DNA from: an uncultured Gammaproteobacteria bacterium | Lineage (GTDB): Bacteria; Patescibacteriota; Microgenomatia; Levybacterales; UBA12049 | Reading direction: 5' to 3' | Length of the DNA stretch: 54,514 bases | Assembly: GCA_964474445.1 (NCBI GenBank) | Contig: CAYYSJ010000008.1 | Coordinates: 1-54,514, forward strand | In this document: piece after piece, positions 20,790 to 26,887 of the stretch | Position numbering within the stretch: the first letter of the stretch is position 1 | Layout: each line of letters opens with the position of its first letter | Notes under the pieces: model-generated | The model's input: only the letters and a program-made list of their open reading frames with translations | Databases searched by the model: none | What the model was told of the DNA's origin: nothing | Translations under genes and position numbers: made by a program

Positions 20790-22169
20790 TTATAACAGAT
20801 TGACTTTCTCTTTAAATTGGTTGCCTCGGTCCTTATAATTCTTAAACATATCAAAAGACGCACAGGCTGGTGATAACAGTACAACATCTCCTGGCTTTGC
20901 TAGCTCCTTGGCCTTCGTTATTATATCTTCCATCGTTGTTAATCCTTCGACAATTTGAAATTTGACGTTTGAAATTTGAGATTTTATTCTCTCCCACTCT
21001 ACTCCAATACCAATAATTGCTTTTATATTTGAAACTGAACCGATAACTCTCCCAAGCTCTGTAAAGTCTGAGTTTTTACTTGATCCACCAAGTATGAGAA
21101 TTTCAGGTTCTGTAAATGCAGAAATCGCAGCAATAGTGGTCTCAGGGACTGTTGAGAAAGAATCATCGTAGTATCTTACCCCATTTACGACTCGTACCAA
21201 TTCAAGTCTATGCTCCAACCCTTTAAAGGTCCTTAAAACAAATGCTATATCTGCAACACTTACTCCAGCTGTAAATGCAGCCATCGTTGCCGCACAGACA
21301 TTTTCTAAATTATGTGCTCCTGGTAAGAGAATATCATTTGTATTAATTACTTCTGTTTCCTGACCATTTACACGAAGAATAACCTTGTTATCTCTTACAA
21401 AACATCCACTTTCTACTTCTTGATACCTGCTTACCCATGCAACTTTTGCAGGTGTTTTGGTTGCAGATGTTTTGGTTGCAGGATAGTCTGTATTGAGGAC
21501 TGCCATATCTTCTGCACTTTGCCACTTGAGAATATTTCGTTTAGCTTCTTGGTATTCCTCAGTCGATGAATGGTAGTCCAAATGTTCAGAGGTTACCATA
21601 AGCATGACAGAGATAGAAGGACTTTTCTCCAGATCTTGCAGTTGAAATGAAGACATTTCAAGTACAACAACTGATGAGGGTGTAAGACTATCCAAAAACG
21701 TAAAAGGAGGCTTCCCAATATTCCCTCCTAAAAAGCTGTCAAATCCTCCTTTCTTGAGCATTTCATAAATAAGAGTACTAGTCGTGCCTTTTCCTTTTGT
21801 ACCAGTTACTCCAATAATGCGAGCTGGACAATTGTCAAAGAAGAGTTTTGTTTGAGAAGTAATTCCCCCAGCAAAATTTTGGAGAAACTCTTTATGAAGA
21901 GGAATACCAGGAGACCGAACAACAACATCAAAGTGCTTTACTGTTTCACCATTTATTTGTTGGCCAAGAACTAACTGAATACCCTTGTGCTTAAGGAGAA
22001 CAATAACTCTTCTCCACTCCTCTCCAACAGAGATTACCTCTGCCTCACTCTTTTCATCAATAACAGTAAAGGAAATATTATGCTGTAAGAAGTATTCTGC
22101 TGTAGAAAGTCCTTCAACGCCAAGTCCTAAAATGGCAACTTTCTTATCCTTTAATTCCGCTATCTTCAT
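20790..22169 (-). CDS. murD: UDP-N-acetylmuramoyl-L-alanine--D-glutamate ligase
   Basis: N-terminal Rossmann motif ILGLGVEGLS, GVTGTKGKGTT P-loop, and Mur ligase middle and C-terminal domains. Confidence 0.9.
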   Translation of the reverse strand: MKIAELKDKKVAILGLGVEGLSTAEYFLQHNISFTVIDEKSEAEVISVGEEWRRVIVLLKHKGIQLVLGQQINGETVKHFDVVVRSPGIPLHKEFLQNFAGGITSQTKLFFDNCPARIIGVTGTKGKGTTSTLIYEMLKKGGFDSFLGGNIGKPPFTFLDSLTPSSVVVLEMSSFQLQDLEKSPSISVMLMVTSEHLDYHSSTEEYQEAKRNILKWQSAEDMAVLNTDYPATKTSATKTPAKVAWVSRYQEVESGCFVRDNKVILRVNGQETEVINTNDILLPGAHNLENVCAATMAAFTAGVSVADIAFVLRTFKGLEHRLELVRVVNGVRYYDDSFSTVPETTIAAISAFTEPEILILGGSSKNSDFTELGRVIGSVSNIKAIIGIGVEWERIKSQISNVKFQIVEGLTTMEDIITKAKELAKPGDVVLLSPACASFDMFKNYKDRGNQFKEKVNLL

Positions 22170-22227
22170 ATTGCAATTGTATCACGCAAAGGTTTGTCCT
22201 TTGTTAAAAATCCGATTTTAAAAGACA

Positions 22228-23034
22228 TCATTCTGGCTTGCTCAAAATCTGAATTTCTGATTTCGTAGAAATAATAGGCAAAACACGCTCATGAACTATC
22301 CTTGTAAATATATTTCTATCTCCTGTTGTATATAGCAGATGCTCTCCTTTTGTCTTCCTCGCAAGCATTTTATTCTGTTCCAGAACTTTTCTTACCTGTC
22401 GTGCAATAGCAGCTCCCGAATCTAGTAGCATAACGTTCTTTCCAAGTATCTTTTGCATTTCCTTTTTTAGAAAAGGGAAATGAGTACATCCCAACGCTAA
22501 AACATCAACATGTGCCTTTCTAAAAGGTTCTAATTCCTCTTTTAAAGTCTTGAAAAGAGCATCATTCAACTCTCCCTTCTCGATAAGAGGAACTAGTCTA
22601 TCTGTCCCTAAATTTATGGCGTGTTTTCCATCTGAATATTCTTTGAGGAGTGATTTTTGGTACTCACTTTGTGCAGTCTTAGTTGTAGAGAGAACACCAA
22701 TTGTATTCGTCTTCGTAGCCCCTACTGCTGTCTTAATAACCGGGACAGTTCCAATAATTGGAACCTGTGGAAAAAATTTTCTAAGTTTGTCTACCCCACT
22801 CACTGTTATAGTGTTACAGGCAACAACAATAAGCTTCACATCTTGCTCAAGAAGAAATTTGATCATTTTTGAGGCAAGCTCAATAATCTCTTCTGTAGGG
22901 CGAGATCCATAAGGTGTATTTTTTGAATCACCAATATAGATAGTTGATTCATGAGGAAGTTCGCGGATAATTTCTCTCCAAACCGTTAACCCACCTACTC
23001 CACTATCCAGAACACCAATCGGATGATTAACCAT
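22228..23034 (-). CDS. murI: glutamate racemase
   Basis: GVLDSGVGGLTV, VVACNT and LGCTHFPF are the two catalytic-Cys motifs. Confidence 0.9.
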   Translation of the reverse strand: MVNHPIGVLDSGVGGLTVWREIIRELPHESTIYIGDSKNTPYGSRPTEEIIELASKMIKFLLEQDVKLIVVACNTITVSGVDKLRKFFPQVPIIGTVPVIKTAVGATKTNTIGVLSTTKTAQSEYQKSLLKEYSDGKHAINLGTDRLVPLIEKGELNDALFKTLKEELEPFRKAHVDVLALGCTHFPFLKKEMQKILGKNVMLLDSGAAIARQVRKVLEQNKMLARKTKGEHLLYTTGDRNIFTRIVHERVLPIISTKSEIQILSKPE

Positions 23035-23059
23035 AAAACGTCTCTTCAGTAGGAAAATG

Positions 23060-23132
23060 TAGCAGGGGCGGGGATCGAACCCGCGACCTACAGTTTATGA
23101 TACTGCCGCTACTACCACTGAGCTACCCTGCC
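23060..23132 (-). tRNA. tRNA-Met (anticodon CAU), probable elongator
   Basis: Cloverleaf GGCAGGG-TA-GCTC..AGC-G-GCAGT-ATCATAA-ACTGT-AGGTC-GCGGG-TTCGATC-CCCGC-CCCTGCT-A. T-loop is canonical, G1-U72 is a wobble pair, and CCA is not encoded. Confidence 0.85.
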
Positions 23133-23811
23133 CCACTGAATTGAAATGTAAACCTTCTATTAATCCTAAGACTTTATAGTAAAGTTCTCCTCCTTTTGCC
23201 ACTTTTATGACAAATGTTCCATAATGGTTTTCGAAATTACTATAAACCTTTCGATTTTTTACTTTTTTGAAACTGGTCTTCGTAAATTGCTGTAAAGAAA
23301 TACCGGTTAGATTTGACCAATACGCCTTTACACTATCTTCACGAGTTCTATGCATTTCATTTATACCGACATAACATTTAAGATCTGCAGGCTTTACATG
23401 AAAGCATTTTTGTAACCAGTGTAAAAAGAATTTTATCATTTTAGGATCAGAATTACAAAGCTCTAAACGTCTTTGTTTCTTACTACCTTCAGCCCAATAT
23501 AAAGCAAGACCAGCAATAAGAAGCTCTCTTTCCGTGATGTGAGAAAACATTTTTATACCCTCCCTCTTTAGTTTTTCTTCCCTTTCTAATCTTTTTTGTT
23601 TTTGTAAGAAAGCACTTCGCAACCTTCCTAATTCTGCACCTTTAATCTCACTATGACGAAGTTTTTCCAACTGTTCGATTGTTAAAACAATATCCCTAAC
23701 CCAAAGGCTTGCTGAACTTTTTGAAACACCAAGTTGATTAGCTATTTGTTTAACACTTATTCCTTGCTTTCTTAGCTCTCTTGCTTTTAAACGCAAATCA
23801 TATTTTGCCAT
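23095..23811 (-). CDS. HTH-containing protein with a LAGLIDADG-like motif (putative free-standing homing endonuclease)
   Basis: N-terminal resolvase-type HTH (ISVKQIANQLGVSKSSASLWV). Central ELLIAGLALYWAEGSK resembles a LAGLIDADG block. The 3' 38 nt overlap tRNA-Met, and the TAA stop lies in its anticodon loop. Confidence 0.45.
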   Translation of the reverse strand: MAKYDLRLKARELRKQGISVKQIANQLGVSKSSASLWVRDIVLTIEQLEKLRHSEIKGAELGRLRSAFLQKQKRLEREEKLKREGIKMFSHITERELLIAGLALYWAEGSKKQRRLELCNSDPKMIKFFLHWLQKCFHVKPADLKCYVGINEMHRTREDSVKAYWSNLTGISLQQFTKTSFKKVKNRKVYSNFENHYGTFVIKVAKGGELYYKVLGLIEGLHFNSVGQGSSVVVAAVS

Positions 23812-23876
23812 ATTTGACCTACCTAACAGAGGTTATATGCTTATATTATCTTGGGTTCGATAGAGAGTCAACAAGA

Positions 23877-23905
23877 TTGACCAAATGTATTGAAGCTGTT
23901 ATAAT
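23877..23905 (+). promoter_or_regulatory. promoter TTGACC-17-(TGt)TATAAT for the intron-containing tRNA
   Basis: Consensus -10 box with an extended TG. It ends 9 nt before tRNA position 1 (23915). Confidence 0.7.
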
Positions 23906-23914
23906 GATTTTATA

Positions 23915-24178
23915 CGCGGGGTAGTGTACAGTGCACATGAGGCTTGTAAAAATGGGCCGGCTTATTAGTAATAATAAGCAATGAACTCAGCTATATCGGA
24001 AAACTCCCACTTCTTTAAAGAAAGGACAATTCCGAGGGAAGGTTCGCCACTTGGCGAAAACCCGTAGAGACTATACGCTGAGCCAGCCACTGGCTGGATG
24101 ATATAGTCCGACACTCTGAGTAATCAGAGATAACTGATGCATAATCTCATAGGCTAGGCGCAACTCCTAGCCCCGCAA
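23915..24178 (+). tRNA. initiator-like tRNA(CAU) gene interrupted by a group I intron
   Basis: Exons 23915-23944 and 24140-24178 join to CGCGGGG-TA-GTGT-ACAGT-GCAC-A-TGAGG-CTCATAA-TCTCA-TAGG-CTAGG-CGCAACT-CCTAG-CCCCGCA-A. C1xA72 mismatch is present. The D- and T-loops are atypical. Confidence 0.7.
23945..24139 (+). ncRNA. group I intron (195 nt, IC3-like) in the anticodon loop
   Basis: Complete P1-P9 set: P2 and P9 are capped by GUAA; P3 CUCAGC/GCUGAG; P4 UCGGAA/UUCCGA; P6 UUCGCC/GGCGAA; P7 GACUAUA/UAUAGUC; P8 CCAGCC/GGCUGG. The 5' exon ends in U and the intron ends in G. Confidence 0.8.
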
Positions 24179-24346
24179 CAAAAGAAGCGTATCAAAAATG
24201 GCAGTTGGGAATTAAAAAAGCTTGGTTAGCAATCTCCAATTTTTTTGTCATGTCTACCCCCTGTTTTGCCACTTAAAGAACGGTATTTCTCTTGGATTTT
24301 GAATTGTCAGGGTAAGCTGAACAAGCAAAGTGGTGAGTTTCAGGAG

Positions 24347-24589
24347 TTATTTTCTAAGAACCCGAGAAAGAACATTTGGAAAGGTATTAAGCTTTTCTGC
24401 TTCACGCATGATTTCTACTAATCTCTTGTTTCTTTCATAAGCTGATTTTCTTTTTTCTTGACTACTGCTCTCGCTTAAGAGAACAATTCTTCTACTTCTT
24501 AAATAATGGATTCCTTCAATTACAACTTCAGAAACACCTAAAGTGGGATAGCTGATTACTGTTCTTATGTCTTTGGAAATACGTTTCAT
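24347..24589 (-). CDS. hypothetical protein (80 aa)
   Basis: ATG-initiated ORF. No family recognised. Confidence 0.4.
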   Translation of the reverse strand: MKRISKDIRTVISYPTLGVSEVVIEGIHYLRSRRIVLLSESSSQEKRKSAYERNKRLVEIMREAEKLNTFPNVLSRVLRK

Positions 24590-24686
24590 ATGATCATTAT
24601 GTCAAACTTATAGTTTAAAATCAAGGGTGGAATCAGGTTCTGATTTCTCTGAATCCCCGCAACACAATCTGTAAAATAGTCCGCAC

Positions 24687-24715
24687 TTTACTTTTCCTTT
24701 TCCCTTTATTACGCT
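24687..24715 (+). promoter_or_regulatory. promoter TTTACT-17-TACGCT
   Basis: The -10 box ends 10 nt before the ATG at 24726. Confidence 0.4.
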
Positions 24716-24725
24716 AAAAAGTGTT

Positions 24726-25361
24726 ATGGTAAAGCAATTCAAAGACCGATTTTTCCTAACTGAGCTTCATAGGGACGAAAGGAAAACTGTACTGGCCTTT
24801 GTTGTTGTAGGCATAATCCTTGTAGTGCTACTTTTCAATTCGTTTTATCTAACATTTTTGTCAAACACACAAAAAGGGAAAAATAACTTAACAAACCAAC
24901 CATCTCCTACTCCATCTGGAAACTTATCTCCTACACAAGCAGTTATATCAACAATTCCAACACAAACACCAGTTTTCCAACCAATCATTAACACACAATC
25001 GTCAGTAAAAGAATACTTTATTCCATTTGGTATAGGAAGTAACCAAACAAGCGATTGGGTAGATGTTCCTGGGGCACAAACAACTGTTGATTTTGAAAAT
25101 TATCAGAATATTAAAGCAATTCTCTTCGAGACATCTGTTAATGTTCCAACAGCAAATGAAACAGTATCTGTAAGACTTTTTAATGTCACCGACAGACATC
25201 CTGTCTGGTACTCGGAAGTTACAACGACAAATAATATGTTTGTTACCTCTCAGCCAATTGTGTATGATGCCGGCTCAAAAGTCTATCAAGTGCAGATGAA
25301 AACCCAACTCTCCTATCCTGCTAATCTTACTCTGGCTCGACTCCATATTATCTTAAACTAA
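24726..25361 (+). CDS. membrane-anchored hypothetical protein (211 aa)
   Basis: One N-terminal transmembrane helix (VLAFVVVGIILVVLLFNSFYLTFL), a Pro/Thr linker, then a beta-rich C-terminal domain. Confidence 0.6.
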   Translation: MVKQFKDRFFLTELHRDERKTVLAFVVVGIILVVLLFNSFYLTFLSNTQKGKNNLTNQPSPTPSGNLSPTQAVISTIPTQTPVFQPIINTQSSVKEYFIPFGIGSNQTSDWVDVPGAQTTVDFENYQNIKAILFETSVNVPTANETVSVRLFNVTDRHPVWYSEVTTTNNMFVTSQPIVYDAGSKVYQVQMKTQLSYPANLTLARLHIILN

Positions 25362-25376
25362 AGCTAGAGGAGTCTC

Positions 25377-26045
25377 TTATTTCCCTTCTGCAAAGGAAAA
25401 ATACGAAGACTCAGCCACTATAACATGGTCATATAAAATAACGCCCAATAGCTTGCCTGCTTCATGAAGCCTTTTTGTAAAAAGGATATCAGCATCTGAT
25501 GGAGCAGGATCTCCAGAAGGATGGTTGTGCACAACAGCAATACTGGTACAAGGAGTTAAAAGTGCTGGTGCAAAAATTTCTTTTATTTCTATACCTAATA
25601 CATTAACATTTCCTATTGCTATAGTTTCCTTTTTAATAAGTTCATTGCGCGCATTCATATATAATACGACCATATGTTCTTGTTTTTTCTGACCCATGTC
25701 AGTTACTTCTCTAAGAACATCTTGTACTGATTGAATATGTGTAATATGAAGAAGAGGCTTTGCAAATAATCGTTCTCCCAATGCGAGTGCTGCCTGTATA
25801 CGTGCACTCTTGGTCTTCCCTACCCCAGAAATTTTTATTTGTTCCACTTCTTTTGAGTTTAATTCTTCTAAAGGAATTTTCTTAAGTATCGTCTGAGCAA
25901 GCGTAAGAGCATTGTGTTTTTTTGATCCTGTCCCAAGAAGAATAGCTAACAGTTCTTCATCGCTGAGCGCTGCTTGACCTTTTTGGAATAATTTTTCTTG
26001 TGGTCGCTCTGAGGGAGGTAAATCTTTTATCTTCTTTTTTGCCAT
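25377..26045 (-). CDS. radC: RadC-family JAB/MPN domain protein
   Basis: N-terminal helix-hairpin-helix region and the C-terminal JAMM motif VVHNHPSGDPAPSDAD. Confidence 0.85.
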   Translation of the reverse strand: MAKKKIKDLPPSERPQEKLFQKGQAALSDEELLAILLGTGSKKHNALTLAQTILKKIPLEELNSKEVEQIKISGVGKTKSARIQAALALGERLFAKPLLHITHIQSVQDVLREVTDMGQKKQEHMVVLYMNARNELIKKETIAIGNVNVLGIEIKEIFAPALLTPCTSIAVVHNHPSGDPAPSDADILFTKRLHEAGKLLGVILYDHVIVAESSYFSFAEGK

Positions 26046-26103
26046 AGGAAAGCTAATAATTTAGTAATAAAACAATTTTCCGTATTATAGTATAATACAG
26101 AAA

Positions 26104-26418
26104 ATGAATCAGATAGATCAACAGAAAGCACTTCAACTCTTAGCAAAACGCATTCGTGAAGCACGTGAGCAAGCTAATCTTTCTCAAGCAACACTAGCAA
26201 AGAATATTGGTGTTTCTGACAAAGCAATCTCCTCATATGAAAAAGGTCGAAGTGTTCCTCCCTTTGAAAATTTAAAAAAAATTGCAGAACAGACGAATAG
26301 GCCACTCACCTACTTTACGGATGAATCAGCTGTTGAGTCTATTATTGCAACAAAATTGGCAACTATCGAACAGGAACTAGCAGCAATTAAAAAACTCCTT
26401 ACTGATAGAGAAAAATAA
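26104..26418 (+). CDS. XRE-family helix-turn-helix transcriptional regulator
   Basis: LSQATLAKNIGVSDKAISSYEKG is a classic Cro/CI-type HTH. A TATAAT box ends 7 nt before the ATG. Confidence 0.8.
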   Translation: MNQIDQQKALQLLAKRIREAREQANLSQATLAKNIGVSDKAISSYEKGRSVPPFENLKKIAEQTNRPLTYFTDESAVESIIATKLATIEQELAAIKKLLTDREK

Positions 26419-26433
26419 TATCAAAATAACATC

Positions 26434-26463
26434 TTGACAGAATAGACTTATCTCTCATAAGAT
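26434..26463 (+). promoter_or_regulatory. promoter TTGACA-18-TAAGAT (leaderless)
   Basis: The -10 box ends 6 nt before the ATG at 26470. Confidence 0.5.
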
Positions 26464-26469
26464 GAGAGT

Positions 26470-26820
26470 ATGTATGGGGTTATTCTCTTAGATTCTTCAC
26501 AGATCATTATATTCATTTACAAATATACTCATGATAAGAACTTTATTGTTTTGAACACAAATACCTATAACCTTACCACTACTGATGAATCAATCGCAGT
26601 TGATGCAACTCATATTCTCGCTGTATTAATGAGCTTCTTCCTTAGCCATAAATCATATATTCGAGAATGGCGTGTCATAAGTAAAGGCTTGCCAGAAGAA
26701 GTAGTAAAAGATGTTGCAAAAGCAATTGATATTCCCTATGAATTACTCACCTCACAGCGGGAGCAAGAACTTTTGTGTAAAGCTATTGCTACAGAAATTG
26801 TTCGCTACTATCAAATGTAA
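26470..26820 (+). CDS. hypothetical protein (116 aa)
   Basis: ORF starts at the predicted leaderless position. No family recognised. Confidence 0.5.
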   Translation: MYGVILLDSSQIIIFIYKYTHDKNFIVLNTNTYNLTTTDESIAVDATHILAVLMSFFLSHKSYIREWRVISKGLPEEVVKDVAKAIDIPYELLTSQREQELLCKAIATEIVRYYQM

Positions 26821-26852
26821 CGTTGTGTTAACTTATTAAAAGGATTTTTCAA

Positions 26853-26881
26853 TTTACATTTCTCTATACGCTAGCTAGAAT
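26853..26881 (+). promoter_or_regulatory. promoter TTTACA-17-TAGAAT (leaderless)
   Basis: The -10 box ends 6 nt before the ATG at 26888. Confidence 0.6.
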
Positions 26882-26887
26882 GGGAGT

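Noticed and set aside
23915-24178. Possible tmRNA or other tRNA-like RNA, because the acceptor-like ends are separated by about 200 nt
   Set aside because: There is no tag-peptide frame or tmRNA pseudoknot signatures. The internal sequence folds as a complete group I intron, and the flanks rebuild an anticodon arm.
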